A DNA stretch of 64,000 nt, taken from the NCBI GenBank assembly GCA_965223855.1, contig CBDCXM010000009.1, positions 832,001-896,000 of the forward strand. Direction: 5' to 3'. A program made the translations under genes and the position numbers. This document shows positions 29,703 through 38,256 of the stretch, in pieces. Under the pieces are notes generated by a model. That model was not told the origin of the DNA. It searched no databases and saw only the letters and a list, made by a program, of their open reading frames with translations. Position 1 is the stretch's first letter. Each line of letters opens with the position of its first letter. Source of the stretch: Candidatus Multivoradales bacterium (GTDB taxonomy: Bacteria; Acidobacteriota; Thermoanaerobaculia; Multivoradales; JAHEKO01).

Positions 29703-31067
29703 ATGGACGAGGAACTGAGGACTCTGCTCGCCGAGACGCACGAGCGCGCGGTCGCCTACCTGGACCGCCTCGACGAACGGCCGGTGGCGCCGACCTCCGA
29801 GGCGCGCGCGGCGTTGTCGCGGTTCCACGAGCCGCTCCCCGAGGAGCCGACGGCGGCGCGCGACGTGCTGGCGCTGCTCGACGACATCGGTTCTCCGGCG
29901 ACGACGGCGGTCGCCGGAGGGCGGTACTTCGGCTACGTCATCGGCGGCGTGCTGCCCGCCGCGCTCGGCGCCAACTGGCTCGCCGGCGCCTGGGATCAGC
30001 CGACCGGGCTCTACGACTTCACACCGGCGACGGCGACGCTCGAGATCGTCGCCCTCGACTGGCTGATCGAGCTCCTCGGGCTGCCCTCGGATTGCGGCGG
30101 CGGCTTCGTCACCGGGGCGACGATGGCCAACTTCTCGGCGCTGGCGGCGGCGCGCCATGCGGTGCTCGGCGAGGTCGGCTGGAACGTCGAGGCGGACGGC
30201 CTCTTCGGTGCGCCACCGATCACCGTGATCGTCGGCGAGGAAACGCATCCGACGCTCTTCAAGTCGCTGGGGATGCTCGGCCTCGGACGCGAGAGGGTCG
30301 TGCGGGTTCCGGTCGACGACCAGGGGCGGATGCTCGCCGACGCGCTGCCGCCGGTCGAAGGACCGACGATCGTCTGTACCCAGGCTGGCAACGTCAACAG
30401 CGGCGCCTTCGACCCGGTCGGCGAGATCGCGAGGCGGGTGAGGCCGGAGGGGGCGTGGGTGCATGTCGACGGCGCCTTCGGCCTCTGGGCGATGGCGTGT
30501 CCGCGTTTCGCCGACGAGATGGCGGGGACCGAGGAGGCGGACTCGTGGGCGACCGACGCTCACAAGACCCTCAACGTCCCCTACGACAGCGGCCTCGTGT
30601 TCCTGCGCCGCCCCGAGCTGCTGCGCGCGGCGATGGCGGTGACCGCCGAGTACCTGCCGACGACGACGCGGCGCCAGCCGTCCGACTACACCCCGGAACT
30701 GTCGCGACGCGCCCGCGGTGTCGAGGTGTGGGCCGCCCTTCGCCAGCTCGGCCGCAGCGGCTTCGTCGCCATGGTCGAGCGGCTCCACGACCATGCGCTG
30801 CGCTTCGCCGCCGGGCTCGAGGAGGGGGGGCACGAGGTGCTCAACGAGGTCGTCTTCAACCAGGTGGTGGTGGCGTTCGGCGACGCGGCGACGACCGAGC
30901 GGGTGATCGCCGCGATCCAGGCGGACGGCAGCTGCTGGTGCGGCCCTACCGAGTGGCGCGGCCGGCGGGCGATGCGGATCAGCGTCTCTTCGTGGCGAAC
31001 TTCCGACGAGGACGTCGAGAGGAGCCTCCGGGCAATCATCGACATTGCCGCAGAAGTCATTCGTTGA
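29703..31067 (+). CDS. Group II PLP-dependent decarboxylase
   Basis: RYFGYVIGG, VTGATMAN, HVDGAFG, PLP lysine DSWATDAHKTLNVPYDSG, PELSRRAR. Confidence 0.92.
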   Translation: MDEELRTLLAETHERAVAYLDRLDERPVAPTSEARAALSRFHEPLPEEPTAARDVLALLDDIGSPATTAVAGGRYFGYVIGGVLPAALGANWLAGAWDQPTGLYDFTPATATLEIVALDWLIELLGLPSDCGGGFVTGATMANFSALAAARHAVLGEVGWNVEADGLFGAPPITVIVGEETHPTLFKSLGMLGLGRERVVRVPVDDQGRMLADALPPVEGPTIVCTQAGNVNSGAFDPVGEIARRVRPEGAWVHVDGAFGLWAMACPRFADEMAGTEEADSWATDAHKTLNVPYDSGLVFLRRPELLRAAMAVTAEYLPTTTRRQPSDYTPELSRRARGVEVWAALRQLGRSGFVAMVERLHDHALRFAAGLEEGGHEVLNEVVFNQVVVAFGDAATTERVIAAIQADGSCWCGPTEWRGRRAMRISVSSWRTSDEDVERSLRAIIDIAAEVIR

Positions 31068-31073
31068 TCGGGG

Positions 31074-31103
31074 TTTACAAGGGGCGGTACCTCCTCGTAG
31101 ACT
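31074..31103 (+). promoter_or_regulatory. Sigma70-type promoter TTTACA-N18-TAGACT
   Basis: -35 at 31074-31079 and -10 at 31098-31103, upstream of SD AAGGAG and ATG 31141. Confidence 0.6.
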
Positions 31104-31140
31104 GCCGCCTCATTTGCCTCTGACTGACCAAGGAGAGACC

Positions 31141-31725
31141 ATGCGGAAGACAACCCTGCTACTGGCCCTGCTCGCCCTGGTGGCCTTCGCGCCCGCCGTG
31201 GATGCGCAGAGCGCCCGTACCGACGGCACCTTCGTCTACGACCCGAGCGCGCAGCCGAAGCCGCCCGAGGATGGCGACGACGACTGCCCGCCGAGCACGA
31301 TCATCAACTCGACGCCGTTCAACGACACGGGCGACACCTGTGGCAACACGAACACCATCACCACCTACTCGGGTACCTGCACGCTCCCGTTCCCCTACGG
31401 CGGTGAGGATCAGGTCTACGGCCTGACCGTCGGTGGCGGCGCGAACATCAACATCTCCGCCGATCTCACCGGCTCGACAGGCGACCTCGCGCTCTTCATC
31501 GTCGGCACCTGCGGCGACGGCAGCACCTGTGTCGCCAACTCCCAGGACTCCATCGGCCCCGGCGCGGGTCCCGAGGAGATCCTCGGTTTTTCGGCGGCGG
31601 TCGGGAACTACTTCCTCTACGTCGACTCGTACTACAACGCCGGCAGCCCCGGTTCGTGCGGCACGTTCGACCTGGACGTCACGGGCACGATTCCGGCCGA
31701 GCTGGTCGAGTTCGAGATTCACTGA
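31141..31725 (+). CDS. Secreted PPC-like beta-sandwich protein ending in a PVEL-type strand (IPAELVEFEIH)
   Basis: SD AAGGAG; signal peptide; DQVY...DLALF...GNYFLYVD...GTFDLDV PPC-like pattern; six cysteines. Confidence 0.85.
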   Translation: MRKTTLLLALLALVAFAPAVDAQSARTDGTFVYDPSAQPKPPEDGDDDCPPSTIINSTPFNDTGDTCGNTNTITTYSGTCTLPFPYGGEDQVYGLTVGGGANINISADLTGSTGDLALFIVGTCGDGSTCVANSQDSIGPGAGPEEILGFSAAVGNYFLYVDSYYNAGSPGSCGTFDLDVTGTIPAELVEFEIH

Positions 31726-31746
31726 ATCGGATCGAGCTGCAAGCCG

Positions 31747-31781
31747 AACCCCGTCGCCGGCCCGGCGGCGGGGTTTTTCTT
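31747..31781 (+). terminator. Intrinsic terminator/stem-loop between the first and second operon genes
   Basis: aaccccgtcgccg...cggcggcggggtt GC-rich stem followed by a T-rich tail. Confidence 0.8.
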
Positions 31782-31798
31782 GCAAGGAGTGATCGAAA

Positions 31799-32848
31799 CT
31801 GAAGCTGCTGCCCGTCTTCTCGGCCCTACTGGCGCTCGCCGGCGTCGCGACAGCCGAAGAGCGGCCCGAGAAGGCCCTCGGCGCGACCGGCATCCCCGGG
31901 TCGCTGACGATCGAGGAGGCCCACGCCGACTTCGGTGAGCGCTACGCCTCCGACGAGGTCGAGTGGCAGTGGCGGGTCAGGAACGAGGGCGAGGTCCCGG
32001 TGGCGATCGAGGAGGCGATCGCCGTCGAGGGGGACGCGCGGCTCGGCGGTGCTCCCGCAATCCTCGCGCCCGGTGAGGAGGTGACGGTGACGGTCGAGCA
32101 ACCGCTCCAGGGGATGCTCGGGGTGACCTCGCGCCGCTACGCGCTCGTCACCGACGAGCCGGGAGTCGCCCGCTATCGCTTCTCGCTCACCGGTTTCGTC
32201 GAGTCGGCCTTCGAGCCGGAGATCCCCACCCTGCAGTTCGGCAAGGTGGGGAGCGGGCTCGGCATCGCGACGGTGGAGGTCGTCAGCCGCGAGGTCGAAG
32301 AGCTGCAGGTCCGCCCGGTCGGTCCGCTGCCGGGCGAGATGGCGATCGAGGTAGCGAGCGTCGAAGGGGACCCTCAGGCGCTGACCCTCGAGGCCGTGCT
32401 CGCGCCGGACGCTCCGCTCGGGATCACCGAGGGCGCCTTCCTGCTCGAGACCAACGTGCCGACGCATCCCGAGCTCGAGGTGCGCTACGGCTACGCCTAC
32501 TACGGAGCCGTCGTGCCGGAGCGCAATCCGCTGATGGTGCTGCCGGCCGAAGCGGGGACGCCGATGGAGGATTCGTTCCGTCTCGTTTCCGAGGAGCCGT
32601 TCGAGATCGTGTCGGTGGAGGCGGACTTCGAAGTGGTGACACTGGAGAGCACCCCCTGCGCCGGCGACTCGCCTTCGAGCTGCTGGACGATTCGCTTCCG
32701 CACACCGCCGCGTGCGATCGGCCCCTTTGCGGGCTCGCTCGAAGTGGTCGTGGCCGGCGAGTCGCGGCCCCTGCCGCTGCGGGTTCTCGGCATCGGGATC
32801 CCACCGGGGACCGAGCTCAAGACCATCGACATCTCGGGAGGAGCCTGA
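31799..32848 (+). CDS. Secreted multi-Ig-domain protein (DUF1573/PapD-like), probable CTG start
   Basis: SD AAGGAG 9 nt before CTG; in-frame TGA at 31790; signal (M)KLLPVFSALLALAGVATA; ADFGER...WRVRNEGEVPVAI...ILAPGEEVTVTV; LETNVP. Confidence 0.75.
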   Translation: MKLLPVFSALLALAGVATAEERPEKALGATGIPGSLTIEEAHADFGERYASDEVEWQWRVRNEGEVPVAIEEAIAVEGDARLGGAPAILAPGEEVTVTVEQPLQGMLGVTSRRYALVTDEPGVARYRFSLTGFVESAFEPEIPTLQFGKVGSGLGIATVEVVSREVEELQVRPVGPLPGEMAIEVASVEGDPQALTLEAVLAPDAPLGITEGAFLLETNVPTHPELEVRYGYAYYGAVVPERNPLMVLPAEAGTPMEDSFRLVSEEPFEIVSVEADFEVVTLESTPCAGDSPSSCWTIRFRTPPRAIGPFAGSLEVVVAGESRPLPLRVLGIGIPPGTELKTIDISGGA

Positions 32849-32849
32849 G

Positions 32850-33266
32850 ATGAGGATGGCAAGCACCCTTCTGTGCGCGATCGTGCTGTCCGTCCCGGCG
32901 GCGATGGCAGCCGAGGAAGACGCGGCCCTGCCGAGGCTCGAGTGGCGCGCGCAGCACGAGGAGGCACTCTACGGCTACCTCGTCTATCGCTCCGAAGCCC
33001 GCTCGGGTCCCTTCCTCAGGGTCTCGAAGAAGATCGTCCGGGTGCCCGAGGACGGTTCGACCTCTCATAGTTACGAGTTCGTCGATGCGACCGCCGAACC
33101 GTGCCGCACCTACTACTACTACCTCGACCAGGTGCTGAGGAACGGAGCGAAGTCGAGATTCTCCGGGGTGCTGGCGAAGGAGACGGCTTGTCCGGCGGAA
33201 GGCGAGGCGTCGACGTCCGATGCGGCCGGGCGTCGGGCCGCCGACGGCACGTCCGAAGACAGTTGA
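32850..33266 (+). CDS. Small secreted Ig/FN3-like protein matching the body of the PVELxxF domain but lacking its first strand
   Basis: Signal peptide; LEWRAQHEEALYGYLVYRS...GPFLRV...SYEFVDATAEPCRTYYYYLDQVLRNG. Confidence 0.8.
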   Translation: MRMASTLLCAIVLSVPAAMAAEEDAALPRLEWRAQHEEALYGYLVYRSEARSGPFLRVSKKIVRVPEDGSTSHSYEFVDATAEPCRTYYYYLDQVLRNGAKSRFSGVLAKETACPAEGEASTSDAAGRRAADGTSEDS

Positions 33267-35083
33267 GCACGCGCCGGCGACGCGAATGGCGGGCCCTGGC
33301 GGTGGCGGGGTCGCTCGTCTGGATCGGAGCAGCCGGATCCGCGGCCGGATCAACAGCCGAGCCTCAGCCCGGCCTTGGCGCTGCTCGAGACGAGCTCGCC
33401 GGACCTGAGGTCTCCAGGCCCGATGTCCTGGTCATCACCATCGACACCCTGCGCCCCGACGCGGTGGGGGCGATCGGCGGTAGCAACGAGACGCCTCATC
33501 TCGACCGTCTGATCTCCGAGGGGGTGCTGTTCGACGGCGCGGTCTCACCGTTGCCGCTCACCCTGCCCGCTCACACCTCACTCTTCTCCGGGCTGCTGCC
33601 GGCGCGTCACGGCTTGCGGGACAACGGGCAGACCGTCGCGCCCGGCACCGGGCTGCTGGCGGAGCAGTTGAGGGAGGTGGGCTACACCACGGCGGCGTTC
33701 GTCAGCGGCTTCCCGCTCGAGAGCGTCTTCGGCCTCGATCGCGGTTTCGACCACTACGACGACGCCCTCGTCGACGGGCCCGCCGGGCGGCTCGAACGCC
33801 CCGCCGACCGCACGGCCGATGCGGCGATCGCCTGGCTCGAGGAGGCCGCGTCGCCGTGGTTCGTCTGGGTCCACTTCTACGACCCTCACGATCCGTACGA
33901 GCCGCCGCGCGCCTTCTGGAAGCCGGGGACGCGAGGGGCCTACGACGGTGAAGTGACCTTCGTCGACGAAGCGATCGGCCGTCTCGCCGCCGTCACGGCG
34001 CCCCGGCCGACGCTCACCGTCGTCACCGCGGATCACGGCGAGGCACTCGGCGAGCACGCCGAGAAGACGCACGGCTACTTCGTCTACGACTCGACGATGC
34101 TGGTACCTCTGCTGTTCCACTTCCCGGAGCGGATCGCGCCGGCGCGGCTCGGAGCCGCGGCACGACTCATCGACGTCGCACCGACCCTGCTCGACCTGCT
34201 CGATGTCCGGGGGTCAGGCGTCGAGGCGCCGGGAGCGGTCGACGGGGTGTCGCTGCGCTCGGCGTTCGAGGGGCAGCTGCCGGTCGTACCGCCCGCCATC
34301 CTCGAGACCTTCCTCCCCTGGACCTACTTCGGCTGGTCGCCGCTGCGTGCGATCCGCACCGGGAAGTGGAAGCTCATCGAAGCGCCGAGACCGGAGCTCT
34401 ACGACCTGACCGCCGACCCCGGCGAGACCACCAACGTACTGTCGAGCCATCGACAGCAGGCTCGCCTCCTGGCCGAGCAGCTCGGGGACCTGGGTGCGGG
34501 AGAGTCGTCGACACCGGCTGCGGTCGAGGACCCCGAGACGGTCGAGAAACTGCGGGCTCTCGGTTACACCGTCTCGCCACGCCGCGAGCCGCCGCGTCGG
34601 GGACTTCCCGACCCCAAGGATCGCATCGCGCTGCGAGACCGGCTCACCCTGGCAGAGGACCTTCTGGCGAGCGGCCGAGTCGCCGAGGCGGCGACGCTCT
34701 TCGAGGAGGTGCTCGCCGTCGAGGCCGACAATCGAGCCGCGCTGCTGCGCTCGGGAGTGACGGCGCTCCGGCGGGGCGACCTCGAGCTCGCCGAGGAGCG
34801 GCTCGGCCGCTCGATCGAGCTCGACCCGCACCGGGCGGAGGCGCGCTTCGCTCTCGGTGACACCCTGATGCGGCGCGAACGCTGGGCCGAGGCGGCGCAG
34901 CAGTGGATGGAGGTCGCGCGTCTGCAGCCGCGACGGGTGGAGGCGTGGGCGAATCTCGCGCAGGCCCAATGCGCCGCCGGGCAACCGGAGCTGGCGAAGT
35001 CCGCACGGCGCGAGGCGCTGGCGCTCGAGCCGGAGACCGAGGAGCGTCTTCCCGAGTGCGGCGCCGTGAAGAGTTCAGGCTAA
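33263..35083 (+). CDS. Sulfatase-like (alkaline phosphatase superfamily) hydrolase with C-terminal TPR repeats
   Basis: ITIDTLRPD, PLTLPAHTSLFSG, HFYDPHDPY, TADHGE, ELYDLTADPGE, LRALGY, TPRs; TTG start (TTGA overlap) uncertain. Confidence 0.88.
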   Translation: MSTRRRREWRALAVAGSLVWIGAAGSAAGSTAEPQPGLGAARDELAGPEVSRPDVLVITIDTLRPDAVGAIGGSNETPHLDRLISEGVLFDGAVSPLPLTLPAHTSLFSGLLPARHGLRDNGQTVAPGTGLLAEQLREVGYTTAAFVSGFPLESVFGLDRGFDHYDDALVDGPAGRLERPADRTADAAIAWLEEAASPWFVWVHFYDPHDPYEPPRAFWKPGTRGAYDGEVTFVDEAIGRLAAVTAPRPTLTVVTADHGEALGEHAEKTHGYFVYDSTMLVPLLFHFPERIAPARLGAAARLIDVAPTLLDLLDVRGSGVEAPGAVDGVSLRSAFEGQLPVVPPAILETFLPWTYFGWSPLRAIRTGKWKLIEAPRPELYDLTADPGETTNVLSSHRQQARLLAEQLGDLGAGESSTPAAVEDPETVEKLRALGYTVSPRREPPRRGLPDPKDRIALRDRLTLAEDLLASGRVAEAATLFEEVLAVEADNRAALLRSGVTALRRGDLELAEERLGRSIELDPHRAEARFALGDTLMRRERWAEAAQQWMEVARLQPRRVEAWANLAQAQCAAGQPELAKSARREALALEPETEERLPECGAVKSSG

Positions 35084-35157
35084 GATCAAGCGCCCCTGAA
35101 TCAGCCCTGTTCGCGGCGACCGCTCGCGAACTGCTGCGACCAACTACGGAGTTCGCG

Positions 35158-38100
35158 ATGAGATCAGCCTTCCCGACGTCCTGTGTCCGAGCGTTGTGGG
35201 TGGGAGCCACGATGATGGTGCTGCTCGCTTCGGCAGTTGCCGCCGAGCCGCCCTCGCCGCCGCCCTACTACGCGATCACGAACGTCACCGTCGCCACCGG
35301 CGACGGCCGCACCCTCGAAGGAGCCACGGTGCTGGTGGCCGACGGCCTGATCGAGGCGGTTGGCAGCAGCGTCTCCGTGCCGGGCGACGCCTGGACGATC
35401 GACGGCAGCGGGCTCTACCTCTACCCCGGCCTGATCGACGGCATGTCGACGCTCGGCCAGGCCTCCGGTGGCGGCGAGTCGGACGACGACTCGGGCGGCA
35501 ACCCCTTCGCCTCCGACGGCCCGGAGATCCGCGGCCCCGAGGACCGGCCGAAGACGACCCCGTGGGTCAGCGCCGCCGATCTGCTTGGCGACGACAGCCG
35601 GGTCGAGAAGTGGCGCGACGCCGGTTTCACCGCGGCGATGTCGGTGCCGGAGAGCGGCATTTTCGGCGGCAGCGCGAGCCTGGTGCACCTGGGCGACGTC
35701 GAGCCGCGCGAGCGGGTAGTGGCGACCGGGCTCGCTCAGCGAGTGGCGCTCGAGACCGGCGGCTTCCGCAACTATCCCGGCTCGCTGATGGGGGTCATCT
35801 CCTATGTGCGGCAGGTGCTCTCCGACGCCGACCACTATGCCCAGGCGAGCGCCGCCTACGAGCGCGCTCCGGCGGGCCGCAAGCGCCCTGAGTACGACCG
35901 CACGCTCGAGCCTCTGGTGACGGCGCGAGCCGCCGGCGTGCGCTTCCTGCTGCCGGCCGACAACGGCCAGGAGATCGATCGGGCGCTGGCGATCGGCAGC
36001 GACTACGACCTGTCGACCGTGATCTACGGCGCCCGCGGCGCCTACGCCCGGACCGGGCGCCTCGAAAACGCCGGTGTCGCCGTGCTGGTCAGCCCCGACT
36101 GGCCCGAGGAGGAGAAGGACCGCGACCCGGATGCCGACACCGACTTCCGCGACTACTACCACCGGCGGATGGCGCCGACGACCCCCGCCGCGCTCGCCGA
36201 GGCGGGCGTCGACTTCGCCTTCTACTCGCACGGCATCGCCGGCTCCGACGCCTTCTTCGAGGGGGTGCGCGCGGCGATCGAAGCCGGCCTGTCGGAGGAC
36301 GACGCCCTGGCGGCGCTGACCTCCGCGCCGGCCAAGATCTTCGGCGTCGGCGACCGGGTCGGCACCGTCGAGCGCGGCAAGATCGCCAACCTGGTGCTCG
36401 CGACCGGCCCGCTGTGGGCCGAGGACACCGAGATCGAGGCGGTGTTCGTCGATGGCCGGAAGTATCAGGAGCGCGAGAGCGAGGAGCCGACCGAGGCCCC
36501 CGAGGGCGACGCTTCAGGGACCTGGTCGCTGGCCCTCGTGACGCCCGGCGGTACGCGCGACATGACCGCCGAGCTCGAGATGGACGACGAGGGCAAGGTG
36601 ACCGGTGAGCTCTCGAGCGAGATGGGCTCGAGCTCGGTCGACGACGGCCGGCTCTCCGGCACCCAGCTGCGCTTCAAGACGACGCGCGAGATGGCGGGTC
36701 GCAGCATGGAGGCGTCGTTCTCGATGGAGCTCGACGGCGACACGCTCTCCGGCACGATGAGCGCCGGCCCGATGGCGATGGATATCTCCGGCGAGCGCAC
36801 CGCGCAGGCGGCCGACGCGAGCGAGGAGGGCGACGACGAGGCCGCGGCGGACGACGTCTCCCTCGCCGAGCTCGCCGAAGCGATGGAGGTCTACCAGGGG
36901 CCGGTCAGGAAGCTCGACACCTTCGCGATCATGAACGCCCGCATCTACACCGTGACGGGCGAGACGATCGACAACGGCTCGGTGCTCGTGCGGGACGGCA
37001 AGATCGCCGCGGTGGGTCTCGAGCTGCGGCTGCCGAGCGACGTCGAGATCTTCGACGCCGCGGGCGGGTCGCTCGTCCCCGGGATCTTCGACGCCCATGC
37101 TCACATCGCCGTCGACGGCAGCGTCAACGAAGGGTCGCTCGCGGTGACGTCGATGGTCGGTACCGGTGACGTGATCGACCCCGACGACATCGCGATCTAC
37201 CGCGCGCTCGCCGGCGGGGTGACGACCGCCAACATCCTCCACGGCTCCGCCAACCCGATCGGCGGCCGCAACCAGCTCATCAAGCTGCGCTGGGGAATGG
37301 ACGCCGAGGGAATGAAGTTCGCCGGCGCCCCCAAGGGGATCAAGTTCGCTCTCGGTGAGAATCCGAAGCGCTCGAACTTTCGCTCGCCGGCGATTCCGCA
37401 GCGCTACCCGCAGACCCGGATGGGCGTGATCGACGTCATCCGGCGCGCCTTCACCGAGGCGAAGGCCTATCAGGCCGAGTGGCAGGAGTGGGAGGCAACG
37501 CCGGCAGGGAAGCGCGGTGTCGCCCCGCGGCGCGACTTCAAGCTCGAGGCGCTGGTCGAGATCCTCGAGGGCGAGAGGCTGGTGCACTCGCACAGCTACC
37601 GCGCCGACGAGATCCTGCAGCTGATCCGCCTTGCCGAGGAGTTCGGCTTCACCGTCGCGACCTTCCAGCACGTGCTCGAGGGCTACAAGGTGGCCGACGA
37701 GCTGGCTGCTCACGGCGCCGGCGCTTCGACCTTCTCCGACTGGTGGGGCTACAAGGTCGAGGCCTACGACGCCATCCCCCACAACGCGGCGCTGATGACC
37801 GAGCGCGGCGTGGTCGTGTCGATCAACTCCGACAGCGGTGAGGAGATGCGCCACCTCAACCAGGAGGCGGCGAAGGCGGTCAAGTGGGGCGGCATGAGCG
37901 AGGTCGAGGCGTTGAAGCTCGTGACGCTCAACCCGGCGATCCAGTTCGGCGTCGACGACCGGATCGGCTCGATCGAGGTCGGCAAGGATGCCGACCTGGT
38001 GCTCTACGACGGCCCGCCGCTGTCGATCTCCTCTGTGGTGCAGAAGACCTTCGTCGACGGCGACCTCTACTTCGACATCGACGCCGATCGTGAGCGCCAG

Positions 38101-38256
38101 GCGCTGATCGACGAGCTCGAAGAGCGCCTCGGCGGCGGTGACGAAGAGGAGACGGACGAAGAAGAGGGTGAAGGCTCCGAAGAGGAGGAGGTCAAGGCAC
38201 CCGACCCGCCGGAAACGATCGCGCTCGAGGCCGGGCGCTCGGAGGAGGTGAGCTGA
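35158..38256 (+). CDS. Secreted tandem amidohydrolase-domain protein
   Basis: Domain 1 YPGLIDGMS (no HxH); domain 2 PGIFDAHAH, KFALGENPK, HSHSYR, FQHVLE, NSD, GKDADLV; alternative start at 35212. Confidence 0.88.
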   Translation: MRSAFPTSCVRALWVGATMMVLLASAVAAEPPSPPPYYAITNVTVATGDGRTLEGATVLVADGLIEAVGSSVSVPGDAWTIDGSGLYLYPGLIDGMSTLGQASGGGESDDDSGGNPFASDGPEIRGPEDRPKTTPWVSAADLLGDDSRVEKWRDAGFTAAMSVPESGIFGGSASLVHLGDVEPRERVVATGLAQRVALETGGFRNYPGSLMGVISYVRQVLSDADHYAQASAAYERAPAGRKRPEYDRTLEPLVTARAAGVRFLLPADNGQEIDRALAIGSDYDLSTVIYGARGAYARTGRLENAGVAVLVSPDWPEEEKDRDPDADTDFRDYYHRRMAPTTPAALAEAGVDFAFYSHGIAGSDAFFEGVRAAIEAGLSEDDALAALTSAPAKIFGVGDRVGTVERGKIANLVLATGPLWAEDTEIEAVFVDGRKYQERESEEPTEAPEGDASGTWSLALVTPGGTRDMTAELEMDDEGKVTGELSSEMGSSSVDDGRLSGTQLRFKTTREMAGRSMEASFSMELDGDTLSGTMSAGPMAMDISGERTAQAADASEEGDDEAAADDVSLAELAEAMEVYQGPVRKLDTFAIMNARIYTVTGETIDNGSVLVRDGKIAAVGLELRLPSDVEIFDAAGGSLVPGIFDAHAHIAVDGSVNEGSLAVTSMVGTGDVIDPDDIAIYRALAGGVTTANILHGSANPIGGRNQLIKLRWGMDAEGMKFAGAPKGIKFALGENPKRSNFRSPAIPQRYPQTRMGVIDVIRRAFTEAKAYQAEWQEWEATPAGKRGVAPRRDFKLEALVEILEGERLVHSHSYRADEILQLIRLAEEFGFTVATFQHVLEGYKVADELAAHGAGASTFSDWWGYKVEAYDAIPHNAALMTERGVVVSINSDSGEEMRHLNQEAAKAVKWGGMSEVEALKLVTLNPAIQFGVDDRIGSIEVGKDADLVLYDGPPLSISSVVQKTFVDGDLYFDIDADRERQALIDELEERLGGGDEEETDEEEGEGSEEEEVKAPDPPETIALEAGRSEEVS

